Notes: generated by a model from the sequence alone, not told the origin. DNA of 64,000 nucleotides from Paramecium tetraurelia (GCA_000165425.1 CT867991.1:62001-126000), one strand, 5' to 3'. Counted from the stretch's first letter, positions 27,582 through 41,153 are shown. Program-made: numbers and translations.

Positions 27582-28892
27582 ATGTATTGCGATTCAATCT
27601 CTGATGGTTTGGTGGCTTTGGGAGTATTTGACGGATCCCTGGGCATAGTGTCGTTAGTTTTATCGATTATGTTAGAAGGAACTCAAGAAAAAATATACAC
27701 TCTCATGTGTACGATTACTGAATTCTGGTGGATTTGGCTGATTGTAAGCATAATATATAAGAAACTTTCAGTTGGTATCAATTCAACTTATTTAGGTGTT
27801 GTTTGCTCTGTGAAAGAGGTGTTGATGCTCCCAGATTATCAATTCTCTAGATACGTTGCTGCAATCCTTTCCCTACTACAATTTTCAATGACAATATGCT
27901 TAATCAACAGTGATGATGTTAAAAAGTTCACAGGAGAAAGTAAATTATTTTTATGAATATTTTAGTGTTGGCATTGGCTATGCTTGTTCCAGTTTTCTGC
28001 TTTTTTAAAGGAATAGCATTAATATTTGTTCTTCTTTAATAAATATTCTTTATATTTACAGGAAGAGAAAAAAATCAATACTTTACTTTAATCCAAGAAT
28101 AACAATCAAAAAAATAAGTTATTTTCTTGGGAATAGTATTTTTAATTATGACATCACTTTATTACTTTTTAAAATCATTGTTTGTATTCACTATCTATAA
28201 CAATTTCGACGATCTAAGCACTAAAATATTCACTTTAACAATAATAACATAATCACTTTTTCTAATCATTTTCAGTTCTTTTATGACTTACTAGTTGATT
28301 ACAATTTTAAAGTAGATTCCTGTTCATGAAGATCCACATTTAATGAATCCTAATTAAAAATGCTATCGTAACTGGTTCATTTTAATTAAGTCAATTTATT
28401 TTAGTGATAAAATGAGATGGCTAAGAAGAATTACTTAATGCTTTTGGTGTATATAATGTGTTTATGGATTGATACAATTCCCATTTTTCAAACTAATGCA
28501 AATTACTTAATAATAACTCTATACTCAAACCTCCTTTATGTACTTCGATACTTTTTTATTATAAGGCCTAATCATAACTTAAATCATTTTAAATATGGCC
28601 AAGAAGTACCATTAGATATAAGATGATGAAGATCCATTTTTATTTAATATCAAAGTATTAATCATTTTTAATTATTTAGTTTGCTAACGAGGATTCATCT
28701 CGAGCTGAAAAGAAATAAAAAACTCTTGATAATTCTTAAATTCAATGTGGAATTTGTCTTGAAGACTTGAAAGCCGGGTAGATAAGACAGAAGTTAACAT
28801 GCCATGAAACCCATATTTTTCATCTACTTTGTATTTAAAAATGGACCCAGACTTAAAACGTTTGCCCAATCTGCAGAACTCCTTGTGATTGA
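27582..28892 (+). CDS. Multi-pass membrane RING-H2 E3 ubiquitin ligase
   Basis: Many TM helices and three introns. Ends CGICLEDLKAGQIRQKLTCHETHIFHLLCIQKWTQTQNVCPICRTPCD*. Confidence 0.82.
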
Positions 28893-29346
28893 AAGTTTCG
28901 AAATGATTTATTCAACAATAATTTATATTGTAACATACTTAAATTATTTAAAATTAATCTATGTAGTTTATAATAATATCTTAAAGAATAAGATGTTCTT
29001 AAATGGTTTATTAATATAATATAGATCTAAAATGATTTGCTGAGTTTAGGCCTCAGAAATAGTATGATTTATAATGATGATCGCGAGTCTACCTATTTTT
29101 TTGATATATCTGTATCATTTTCTAACTAAGATCCCTACACTTTTTTGGGAAAATACAAATCTTATTAATTCTTCTTTGGATCTTTATCAAAACCCAAATT
29201 AAAAAAGAATATAAGGACTTCAAATCAGAGGCAATGTCTGAATAAACAGATTTGATACTCATTTTACCATTTTGATAAGAACAAAAAGAACTTTGAAAAA
29301 TCAATTAAGTCTAATACTAATTATAACTAACAATTTTATTGTTAAA

Positions 29347-30685
29347 ATGTAATTCAAACCCGCACCATCTAATCTGAATTAAATCAGAGCACAAAAGGTA
29401 AAATTTGATGATAAAGAATTAACATATTTAAAGAAAGAAAAAAAACTAGAGCAAAGGATAACTGAATTGATGTAGGAATTACAATAGATTCCAAAATTAT
29501 AAGAATAAATAAAAGCTTTGAATGAATAAATTTCTAAATAAGATAACACTATATAACGATTCAGGTTGGTACAAAGCAATGAGAGAACATTGAATGAAAG
29601 GATTTAGAATAAGGAAATTACAATATAAAACCAAGAACATGAAATTGAATAATTGAATAAAAAAATTGACCAACTTTAAAAGGATGTATGCTATGAAAAG
29701 CAAAATAAGTAAATTACTTTTCAAATTAAACAACCAGTTAAATCTTTAACCGTTCAATAAGAATAGGAAAAACCAATCAGAGTGTAAGAACTTGAAAAAT
29801 AATTACTTTATAAAACAACTGCAGTTCTAAAAGTACAAGAGAAAAAAAGATAAATGAAGAAACAATTCAAAAATAAAATTGAATAGTTAGAACAAGAATT
29901 AAAAGATTACAAATATGGTTATGAGTCATATTATGAATAAAATGAATAACTTACTGAATAATTAAGAGAGACTTCTGCATTATGTATGATGTATCAATTA
30001 TCATTAAGGTGGCAAATTGACAAGTGAAAACTAATCTTTAAAAGATTAATTAGAAATCTTTAACTGCGTCCCTTCCGAGTAGAGAGACAAAAATTAAGAC
30101 ACAAAATACATCATTGAAATTTAAAATTTAAGAAACCGAAACCTACAATAACAACAATAGATATCCCAATTATAATATGATATTAGTGAGTTGAAAACTT
30201 AGAACGGAATTCTGATTGAAAAGCTTAAGACTATAGATTCTGTAAAATAGAAGAACGATAAATTGCAAGGAGAACTTATGCTTTTAGAAACAGAAAATGA
30301 AAGACTTAAGAGGAAGAATCTCAGTGACTTAGATCACATTGAATAATAAATAGTCTAAATAAACTTAAAGGAGTAACAAATAAAGGATAAAAATTATGAA
30401 TTAGAATTGAAGTAGATCAATTTGCATTAAATGATTAAGTATACGAATGGTATGAAAGAAGAAAATGAGTAGTTAAATGCTGAAATAGTTATTTTAAAAT
30501 CATAACTTTTGGATTTGAGGAGACAATTTGAATTTGTGGAAGAAAAGCATGAAGAGGAAATGAGAATTTTAGAAGAAAAATTAAAATTATTATAAACTTA
30601 AACAAATTTTAGAATAATTAATTAAATCCCAGTTTAAATTAATTCACCATATTAGATACCTTAAATCGAGCGTCATTATTTATGA
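29347..30685 (+). CDS. Coiled-coil hypothetical protein
   Basis: MQFKPAPSNLNQIRAQK.., long E/K/Q/L heptads, one intron at ~29980, TGA 30683-30685. Confidence 0.75.
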
Positions 30686-30706
30686 AATACATATTAATTT
30701 AAATAA

Positions 30707-32500
30707 ATGTTATAAAAACTCATAAGATATTATTAATCCTACTATCATGGGGTTTCCAGTGTTCCGTTAACTTATAAGACAATTGGGTAACAACTACAAG
30801 ATATCAGTGAGAAATACCCTGATAACAAGGCTGTAAGTACTTAGTTTATCATAGATCATTTCTTAATTACAAGGAATAGATATGAAATACTCTGAATTAT
30901 ATACAAGGAGCAAAGAACTTGCAGCTGCATTCATAGCTTTAGGATTAGAAAAAGGAGATAGAATTGGGATTTGGTCACCTAACAATGTGGAGTGGGCATT
31001 GACGTAATTCGCTGCTGCTATGGCCGATCTAATTTTAGTCAATATTAATCCAGCATACCAAACTTCGGAATTAGAATATACACTTAATAAAGTTGGTTGT
31101 AAAGCTTTAATCATGAAGTCCTCATTCAAGCACTCGAACTATGTTGCTATGCTAAAGGAATTGGCACCAGAATTGGATATTCCTGGACATCTTTCATCAA
31201 AGAGACTACCCTATTTAAAATGTATCTAAAAAATTATTATAAAAATTAGCTGCTATAATTATAGATAACATTCACAAACATGGTTTTTATAACTTCAAAG
31301 ATATATTTTCTCTAAGCAATGCAGATCACCTTCATTAAGTCGATATTAGAATGGAAAAATAAGATCCAGATGATATAACAAATATTTAATTTACATCTGG
31401 AACAACAGGTTTACCAAAGGGAGCATCCTTAAGTCACATCAACATTCTAAACAATGGTAAATATGTTGGAGGAAGAATAAACTACACTGAAAAAGACGTT
31501 GTGGCTATCGCAGTTCCTTTATACCACTGTTTTGGAATGGTACTTGGAAATTTAGCCTGTATAAATTATGGTTCGACCATGGTCTACCCTAGTGATGGGT
31601 TTAGTGCCGCTGCGACTTTGGAAGCTGTAACTAATTATAAATGCACATCAATTTATGGAGTTCCTACAATGGTATTTAATTATTTAATATTTTTAGTTTA
31701 TCGAATATATAAACGAGTATGAGAAGCATAATCACAAATACGATGTATCAACTTTGAGAACTGGATTAATTGCTGGATCTTTGGCTTCTGAGGCACTCAT
31801 GAAATAAATTATTAATGTCTTAGGAGTTAAGGACATTTCAAACTGTTATGGCTAAACAGAATGCAGTCCTATCACATGCTAAAATAAACCAACAGATTCA
31901 TTTGAAATAAAGACAACCAAAGTAGGATGTCCACTAAATGCAGAGGTGAAAATAGTTGATTCAAATGGAAATGTAGTACCATATGATACACCAGGAGAGT
32001 ATTGTGCTAGGGGTTATAGTGTTATGAAAAAATATTGGGAAGATGAAAAGGCAACAAGAGAGACTATCGATAAAAATGGATTCTTGCATAGTGGTGACAT
32101 TGCTACAATGGACAAAGATGGATACATAGCTATTGTAGGAAGGAACAAAGATATGATAATTAGGGGTGGAGAAAACATTTATCCAAAAGAAATAGAAGAA
32201 TATTTGTCTCATATGAATGGTGTAGAATAAGTTTAAGTAATTGGATGTAATGATGAAAAATATGGTGAAGAGGTTGTTGCACTAATAAAAATGAAGAAAG
32301 ATGCAGAAGAAATATCAGGACTGGATGTCTATCAATATTGCCATAAGAAAATAGCTTATTACAAGATCCCGAAATTCGTTAAGTTTGTCAATGAGTTCCC
32401 TTAAACAATCACAGGAAAACCTTAAAAATTTAAGATGAGATAGGAAATAAATAAGGAATTAGAAGACCCTAAATATGTAGAACTCTATTAGATCAGATGA
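30707..32500 (+). CDS. Acyl-CoA synthetase / AMP-binding enzyme (ACSF2-like)
   Basis: [64 protein letters not shown]. Three introns. Confidence 0.95.
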
Positions 32501-32552
32501 ATCATTTTATATCAAAATAGTAATCTATAATTAATCAATATTATTTTCAATT

Positions 32553-33293
32553 TCAATCATCATCCCAATCACTATTTTTCTTGGGTTTATATTCGATTTA
32601 TTTATCATAAACAAATCCTGGATCTCCAGGTTTCAGAAGATTCTTGACATATTTTACATCCATCTTCTCCTTAACTTTCTAAACTTCCTCAACATTTAAT
32701 TTATTTAAATTCAAATTTTCTATGTCAGATTCTGGTTGAGATTCAAAGTCATCTTAGTAATTTCCAGAGTCATCATCTTATTAATTTTTATCGTCCTCAT
32801 CAGAATTAATATTAATTTCTTCAAAGACATGAGCTTTAATAGACTCGAATTAGTTTTCTCTTAGTTTGCTTGTAGAACTGCTTTAATTAGGCTATACCTA
32901 TTGTGTTTTGGTAAACGGATTTATGTTTGGTGTTTTAGAACTAGCATATTTTCTTCCAATTTCAGATTATTGCTTGCTGTCAGTTGTCTTTTTTTGAGAT
33001 TAATCACTTAATTTATCCTTAAGCCTTGTTATTAGCGCTAAATTGTTTAGATATATTTTACTTTCAAGCTACTCGTCTAAAAGTTTTGAATTAGAAACAT
33101 ATAAATTATGCCTTTTTTTAATATATTCGACAAAATCAGCTGTGTTGGACTTGCTAGTTAGACGCATTAACTTTATTTTATGACGATAAGTTTTTCTTTA
33201 ACTGGGAATCCAATATTCAATTACAATCGTAGGAGGATTAAATTGTAGCCCAACCCTTTAGGGCATATAATCTTTAGTGTTAAATACTTACAT
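32553..33293 (-). CDS. CEP19: Centrosomal protein CEP19 homolog
   Basis: RVGLQFNPPTIVIEY at the N-terminus and NLNKLNVEEVQKVKEKMD...KPGDPGFVYDKQIEY..SDWDDD at the C-terminus; intronless, 246 aa. Confidence 0.85.
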
Positions 33294-34382
33294 TATATTA
33301 TAATGTGCTATAAAATTATAAAATTATTTACTTTTATTTTTCAGCCAAAAAGTACAATGGTTCTTTACATTTTTTCTTTGTCTATTAGTTTGATGAACTC
33401 TCTTTAAATGTTATATACTCTGAAGCAAGACACAGAAATTGATAATTTAATAAAATAAGGCATTTTTAGAAATTTTTATATTAATAGTCTTGATTAAGTA
33501 AACTTTAGAAATTGAGGACCAATAATTTATTTAGAAGATCCTCCTAAATATTCAAACTTATCTTATGTTTAATATATTTATTTATCTTGCTAATCTATTT
33601 TGACATCAAATTTTTTCTTTTTGTTCTAAACACAATGGTAAATAACTGTCAGATGATTTGAAAAAGGAAAAAGCAATATTTCTTATTTAGATGGATTTTA
33701 ATAGAGATGTGTGAGCATTCTAATTTAAAAGATTTGTATTTCGAGTAAGAATGAAAGAAAGTCAATATATCTTTAAATATTTTGACTTATTTTGAGGTAT
33801 TAAATGAACATTTGTGGACTAACAACTAACTTTAGGATTCATAGTCTAGAAATTTTGATTGAATTGCAAAGCAGATTTTTCATTCAAAAATACTGATTAA
33901 ATTTAATACTTCAACTATTTAATCTATTTTATCAATAAAATCTAACATTTGCTCACCTTTTTTAATTAGATAATGATAAACTACATAGACCTTTCTTTTT
34001 TAGATAGAATTCTCAAATAAAGTGTATTAAATTCATATAGCTTTATGTAAATTAAGAAATATAATAAAGAAAACATTTAAGATAATGGTTTCTTAGAAGA
34101 ACCAATAAAAATCTGCATAAATATTTTAACCTAGCAATTATAAATCTTACTATTAATATGTATAAAATACTTTTATTTTGCATTTTTATGAAAAATGCAA
34201 TTTTTTGATTTGATAGAGATTACATTTTACTATCATCCAGATAAGGCTATATAATTAAAACATTTTATTTATGAATTTTTAGAATGATGCATCAAACAAT
34301 CTCCTTTTGAATGATCATTTCTAAAAATTTCTAAACAATTAAAAACGAATATTTTATATATTATCAAGTCATCAAAAAAGTG

Positions 34383-37300
34383 ATGGCAAAAAACACAGTC
34401 ACAATGTTTTTATGCTTATTAATATTGACGAGCCATTGCAGCCTAAAAGATTTGGTTGATAATCCTCAACAACATAGGGATAGAAGAAAAAAGTTGTGAT
34501 AATTGTATTATTTTAGTAATTTGAGATCAAATACCTATAAGGAAAATTTATTGCAGTTTGATTAATATTAACGAAGCTTTCTAATTTCTGAGAACGTCCT
34601 TAGTGCTAATCAATAAGAGGTATAAGTCACAAAGGAAAAATTGTTTGCTAACTAAGAAGCTATTAAAAATTTAGAAGATAAAAGAGAAAATAATGTTAAC
34701 AGAGAGGTTGATAATGAATTCAAAAACAATGCCGATTAAGCATAGTCATAAAATAATAATAGTAAATTTGATTAATCAAAATAATAATAATAATACTATT
34801 AGTAGGAAAATTAAGCTTAAGATTTAGATAACATAGAAGAATAAACATTACATATAGAATAATAAGACAGCGACCATAATATTAAAAGAATAAACAAAAA
34901 CTATGCTATGTAAGATTAGTAAGATGGGGAATAAGATAATAATGAAGACGGGTAAGGACAAGATGGAGATACATAAGATGAGCCTCCTGCTGATGAAAAT
35001 AAAGAAGATCCACCAGCAGAAGAACCAAAAGAAGATCCACCTGCTGAGGAACCGAAAGAAGATCCCCCAGCTGAAGAGCCAAAGGAAGATCCCCCAGCTG
35101 AAGAACCAAAAGAAGACCCCCCAGCTGAAGAACCTAAGGAAGATCCACCTGCTGAAGAGCCAAAGGAAGATCCTCCTGCTGAAGAACCAAAAGAAGATCC
35201 ACCTGCGGAGGAACCTAAAGAGGATCCACCAGCTGAAGAACCTAAAGAAGACCCACCTGCTGAAGAACCAAAAGAAGAACCACCAGCTGAGGAACCTAAA
35301 GAAGAGCCTCCAGCTGAAGAACCGAAAGAAGAACCTCCAGCTGAAGAGCCAAAAGAAGAACCACCAGCTGAGGAACCTAAAGAAGAGCCACCAGCTGAGG
35401 AACCTAAAGAAGAGCCACCAGCTGAAGAAACCAAAGAAGAGCCACCTGCTGAAGAACCTAAGGAAGAGCCACCAGCTGAAGAACCAAAAGAAGAACCACC
35501 TGCTGAAGAACCAAAGGAAGATCCACCTGCTGAAGAACCAAAGGAAGATCCACCAGCCGAAGAACCTAAGGAAGATCCACCTGCTGAGGAACCGAAAGAA
35601 GAACCTCCAGCTGAAGAGCCAAAAGAAGATCCACCTGCTGAAGAACCAAAGGAAGATCCACCTGCTGAAGAACCAAAAGAAGAACCACCAGCAGAAGAGA
35701 CGAAAGAAGAACCTCCTGCTGAGGAAACAAAAGAAGAACCTTCCCTGCTGAAGAAACTAAAGAAGAACCTCCCGGCTGAAGAAACAAAAGAAGAACCTCC
35801 TGCTGAAGAAACTAAAGAAGAGCCTCCTGCTGAGGAAACTAAAGAAGAACCACCAGCTGAAGAGACTAAAGAAGAACCACCAGCCGAAGAAACTAAAGAG
35901 GAGCCTCCCGCTGAAGAAACAAAAGAGGAACCACCAGCTGAAGAGACTAAAGAAGAACCACCAGCAGAAGAGACTAAAGAAGAACCTCCCGCTGAAGAAA
36001 CAAAAGAAGAACCACCTGCTGAGGAAACTAAAGAAGAACCACCAGCTGAAGAGACTAAAGAAGAACCTCCTGCTGAGGAAACAAAAGAAGAACCTCCCGC
36101 TGAAGAAACAAAAGAAGAACCACCTGCTGAAGAAGAAAAAAAATCAGAAGAAGAAACAAAGCCTGAAGAAGAGGCGAAGCCTGAAGAAGAGGCGAGGCCA
36201 GAAGAAGAAACAAAAGCTGAAGAGGAAACTAAACCTGAAGAAGAGTCGAAACCAGAAGAGGAAACAAAGCCTGAAGAAGAGGCTAAACCCGAAGAAGAAG
36301 CAAAAGCTGAAGAGGAAACTAAGCCAGAAGAAGAAACTAAAGCCGAAGAAGAAACAAAAGCAGAAGAAGAAGCTAAACCAGAAGAAGAAACAAAACCTGA
36401 AGAAGAGGCTAAACCTGAAGAAGAAACAAAACCTGAAGAAGAAGCTAAACCAGAAGAAGAAACAAAACCTGAAGAAGAGGCTAAACCTGAAGAAGAAACA
36501 AAACCTGAAGAAGAAGCTAAACCAGAAGAAGAAACAAAACCTGAAGAAGAGGCTAAACCTGAAGAAGAAACAAAAGCGGAAGAAGAGGTTAAACCTGAAG
36601 AAGAAACAAAAGCGGAAGAAGAGGCAAAGCCAGAAGAGGAAACTAAGGCTGAAGAAGAAGCAAAGGCAGAAGAGGAAACTAAAGCTGAAGAAGAGGCAAA
36701 GCCAGAAGAGGAAGCGAAACCTGAAGAAGAAACAAAAGCAGAAGAGGAAGTGAAACCTGAAGAAGAGGCAAAGCCAGAAGAGGAAGCGAAACCTGAAGAG
36801 GAAACTAAAGCAGAAGAAGAGGCCAAACCAGAAGAAGAAGCAAAGCCTGAAGAAGAGACAAAGCCAGAAGAGGAAACTAAAGCAGAAGAAGAAACAAAGG
36901 CAGAAGAAGAAGCAAAGCCAGAAGAGGAGACTAAGGCTGAAGAGGAAACTAAGGCAGAAGAAGAAGCAAAGCCAGAAGAGGAGACTAAGGCTGAAGAGGA
37001 AACTAAGGCAGAAGAAGAAACAAAGCCAGAAGAGGAAACTAAAGCCGAAGAAGAGGCGAAGCCAGAAGAAGAAACAAAAGCTGAGGAGGAAACTAAACCT
37101 GAAGAAGAGTCGAAACCAGAAGAAGAAACAAAACCTGAAGAAGAGACTAAACCAGAAGAAGAAGCAAAAGCTGAAGAGGAAACTAAGCCAGAAGAAGCTA
37201 AACCAGAAGAAGAATCTAAAGCAGAAGAAGAAACAAAACCTGAAGAAGAAGCTAAGCCTGAAGATGAGAAGCAAGAAGAGGAGGCGAGCTAAAGTGAACC

Positions 37301-37661
37301 TGCCTCTGAGCCAGAATAAGAAAGTGAACCAGCCTCAGAGCCAGCATAAGAAAGCGAACCTGCTTCTGATGAGGATGATGATGGTGGCGATGATGGTAAG
37401 GATGATGGTGATGATGGTAAGGATGATGGTGATGATGATAAAGATAAAGATGCAGGCAAAGATGAGGACAAAGAAGAAGATAAAAAAGATGCTGATGATA
37501 AAAAAGATGATGAAGATGATGATATGGCATAACTAGCCCTAGCTCCAGAAGTTGATTTAGCAAAACAGTAAGAAAATGCATCAGAAGGAGATAAGAAGTT
37601 ATCATAATTCGGGTATTAATTAGGCATGTGGATTGTAACCATATTCTATTTGGCTTTATGA
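34383..37661 (+). CDS. Secreted, putatively GPI-anchored Glu/Pro-rich tandem-repeat surface protein (~1080 aa)
   Basis: Signal peptide MAKNTVTMFLCLLILTSHC, 24-nt intron 34493-34516, EEPKEDPPA / EETKEEPPA / EEE[TA]K[PA] arrays, hydrophobic end SQFGYQLGMWIVTIFYLAL*. Confidence 0.88.
34980..36130 (+). repeat. 27-nt coding tandem repeat (~42 units, EE[PT]KE[DE]PPA)
   Basis: Units such as gaagaaccaaaagaagatccacctgct, varying mainly at third codon positions. Confidence 0.95.
36147..37262 (+). repeat. 18-nt coding tandem repeat (~60 units, EEE[TA]K[PA])
   Basis: Units such as gaagaagaaacaaaacct and gaagaagaggctaaacct. Confidence 0.95.
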
Positions 37662-38559
37662 TTTATAAGCTCAAGAGAAATTAAATATCATCACTTAGTA
37701 CATAATTTTAATTATATATTTTTATTCTTATCTACGAAAACCAGATGCCATACTTTTCTATTTAACTATCTTGGCTTTAAATAATTAGAGTGAGAAATAA
37801 AGTATAAGTAAGGTTTAATGTTAAAGACTTTAAAGTCAAGACTAAAATAAATAAGACAAGAGCAAAATATTAAAAGTTAACATAGAATAGTTGGATAGAG
37901 AATATATGAAATAAAGATATATCATTACTTAAAAGGAAGGGAGATATGAAGATAGAGAGAAATTTAAAATTCATAATAGAATCATTTCATAAAATACCAC
38001 CAAAAATAAAAGTGAACTAATATATAATAGTTTAGGATTAATTATCTATTATAATGAGTAAGAATCTGATTGCAAGAGGATTGATGTGCAATTTAAGGAA
38101 TTTAATTCTATAAAAAAAACTGCTGCTATTGATGATGGACTTAAAATTAAAGAAATATAAATCAATAAGTCTTAAGGAGGGAATATAGATTAGAACACAA
38201 TAAGTAAATATTGAGATATTAATAATCGGCAGTATTAAGACGTAGATTTCTATCTACACGATTTAATTGCTGGCTTATAAAATCAGCAAACATAAATAAT
38301 AAAATCTAATTCTCCTATCAAGAAGAACAATGATGGATGATGAGCCGAATAGGAGAAACCTTTAGATGAACTTGGATGAAATCCCTTGTACCAACCTTTT
38401 CAGAATGATTTTATGTAATATATGGTATAATAATTTTGTAAAAGTTGTATTTATTTGAATAATTTACATAATAATTTGTATTAAATAAAAAGCGCTATAA
38501 TTAAGAATATTTTATTAATTTAAAATTAATTAAGTTTTACTTCACTCTAACATATATTA

Positions 38560-39341
38560 ATGATTCCTGTACAAGTATTGAAAACCATTTAAAATCAGAA
38601 TATTTAACTTCATTAAACAAACCCAGCCTTTCTTAAATCAAGAAAACACTCTCCTATTAACCATTTAATCGTTACTCGTCATCCAAGGGTAAGCCATCAA
38701 ATCAAGGAGTAGTCAAATTCTTTATAAAAACATTTAAAGACCTCCTCTCAATATAATAAGTGTATCTAATCCGTTGAATAATTTCAAAGGCTACCAACTG
38801 AAGCAAATGGGGAGACTAAAAATAGACCTGCAATTCAAATTTCGAGTGCTCTTAAAATGTCTTCCTCAAAACATCCTTCTGAATAATATTACGACACACT
38901 AAAATTTTCTTCTTTTGTAAATGAAAAAGTAAATGATTAATTCGTTTATACTAATATTGGAGAAGCTAAAGAAAATGAGAAGGAATTTAGTCAAGCTAAA
39001 ATTGTTAATGGAAGTGTGGACACTTTCATTGTACATAAGACTGTTTTGAATTGGAAAAATTTAGAAATCTAAAAATTAGAAAAGGAGTTAGAATAACTGA
39101 AATAAGAGAATGTATTATGTTATTGATCATTTAGAGAAAATATCAAAATTTAGAAATTGATTACTAAACTTTGTTGTAGGAGAATTCAAAATTAAAACTA
39201 GTTGTATAGACTTAATAAATAGAAATAAATTGTTTAAATCATCAGTAGACATTTACTTAACTTGGAAAATCTTCTGATTACGTGAGTGCTTTGAGTGATT
39301 CAGATAAATTAAAATTACAGTCTTTAATTGAATGCGATTGA
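38560..39341 (+). CDS. Hypothetical protein with C-terminal coiled coil
   Basis: MIPVQVLKTIQNQ.., one intron at ~39112, TGA 39339-39341. Confidence 0.7.
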
Positions 39342-39386
39342 TAGGAAATAAATTTATATATATTCATTACTGATATATGTGAATAT

Positions 39387-40145
39387 TCAATTCCATTATA
39401 TTTTATTTCCTGTCCAAGCCTTTGGATTGTGTATGTTATATAGCATAACATAATTCTTAAATTTAAGGTAATCCTTAATGTTTTGTTTTTTGCTTGACAA
39501 AATCTGTTTGGTTGCAAGCGTATTTAAATACCAAACCAGAACCTCTTTAAATGCTTTCTTACGATTCTGATTTTGAATGGAGTCACCATCATAAATTAAT
39601 TCTTTTTTCAAAGCTTAGTAACCCATAATCAAAACTCTTTATTTTGTGTAGTATTGAATGAAGTCATTGTAGTTGAATTAAAATTAGCTGCAAATACTTG
39701 AAATGGTTTCAGCGAATTAGTTATTTTCAATTGTACGAAATGCATATAGGAGTATATATCTACAAAAGTTTTTGTCAAGAAATTTTTTTGGTCTTTGGGG
39801 TGGTTCTTCTTTAATCTTAATTGGATCATATTTTTGTTTGGACTCACTATATTGATCATGAAACAAATTTAAGGAGTTGTCTTCCTCTTCTATAAATGCA
39901 AAGCTTTCATTGTCAATAATTTAAATAGATTTCTATTTTTCCAAATCCCCATTGCGAAAGACTATATATCCATAGTCATCGAAGAGTTGTGAAAAACCCT
40001 TCTGTGCCTAATTCATGTCTTAAAGCTCATTTTCTGGGTTATAAATTGAAATTTCGGAATCAAATGATTTCTTCACGCTTAACAATTCTTCATCGTTAAC
40101 CGGACTAGAACACTAAAACTGAGGGTGATAGGTTGTTTTTGACAT
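39387..40145 (-). CDS. Hypothetical protein (acidic N-half, helical C-domain), 252 aa
   Basis: Intronless MSKTTYHPQFQ...AFKEVLVWYLNTLATKQILSSKKQNIKDYLKFKNYVMLYNIHNPKAW. Confidence 0.75.
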
Positions 40146-40264
40146 CTCATGCAATTAGTCAAAAAAAGAAAATAATTAAAGTTGTATAAGAAAATAAATT
40201 ATTAGGATAGCTTACTTCACAAATAAATATTGTGAGGATACTGATAAATTCTGAAACAATTCTT

Positions 40265-41060
40265 TCATAATTATTATTTAAAACAATTGAATCCATCTGT
40301 CCTTCTTCTTTGACTACTTTGTTACTCAGCCTCCAATCTGACGAGAGTCTCTTACTATAGATGATATTATTTGTTCAACTTGAGGAATCTAATTTTCCAC
40401 TCTTAAGCTTCAACTTCAAATTAGGGGAGCTATTCTATATATTTTCGTTGCAATTCAGATTGTTTCTCAAGGTTTTAAATTCTATTAAATTGCAATAATG
40501 TTTACTTGAGGAGAAGTTCTTTTTTTTCTTAACTATATTATCTAATTTATTATTAATGTTTTATTTATTATTATTCAATTTAGGTTTGCATTTGTTAAAT
40601 TTGAGTAGTTTTATCCTAAAGATCCATATAAAGATCCATGTTTTTGGATTCCAATTCAAACATGCTAGAAATGAGATTGAAACTATTGATTTTATTGTCG
40701 ACTGCAACACAATCGTAGCTCTTTCGCTATGTTTGAAATCCCAATTAAAGGTTTTTGTTCTCATCGATTTCAGTTTTGAAAACGACTCGATTGACTTTCT
40801 TTTTTTTGGTTTGATCAGCCTTGCATTTTTGGATGGGGGATTCCTGCAATTTCACTGACTAAAGGGATTTTGTAATCATAAAATAACTAACTTATAAATA
40901 CCTAATTACATAATTAATGGTCTTATAATGGCAATTCTTTCTTCAGAATTCCTGATTTTTGAGATGTATTGTAATTAAATATTTTAGCAATATAACTTTC
41001 ATGTTTCGGAGATGGTTTTGCACCTGCTTGGGATTCCTTTTTAATTGTCTAGAATTGCAT
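40265..41060 (-). CDS. Coiled-coil hypothetical protein
   Basis: MQFQTIKKESQAG.., intron, ..EWKIRFLKLNKQYHLQQETLVRLEAE.., TGA 40265-40267. Confidence 0.7.
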
Positions 41061-41153
41061 TTTGAAATTAATTATTAAACAACTCAAATTCAAATTTTGA
41101 TTTATTGCTAATATTTATATATATATATATTAATACTTATATACATAATTTCT

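Noticed and set aside
34916..36826. 636-aa minus-strand SSAGG/SSSGF repeat ORF
   Set aside because: Antisense shadow of the Glu/Pro repeat gene. The + frame has the signal peptide, intron, third-position wobble and proper stop.
34980..37262. Regular repeats as a possible CRISPR array or satellite
   Set aside because: No unique spacers, units are multiples of 3 and vary synonymously, and the context is eukaryotic coding DNA.
36144..37274. 376-aa Phe/Cys-rich minus ORF (and the Lys-rich + ORF at 34903-35751)
   Set aside because: Alternative-frame artefacts of GAA-rich repeats.
40265..40268. ATGA stop/start overlap suggesting translational coupling
   Set aside because: The downstream gene reads cleanly from ATG 40145, and the intervening DNA looks non-coding.
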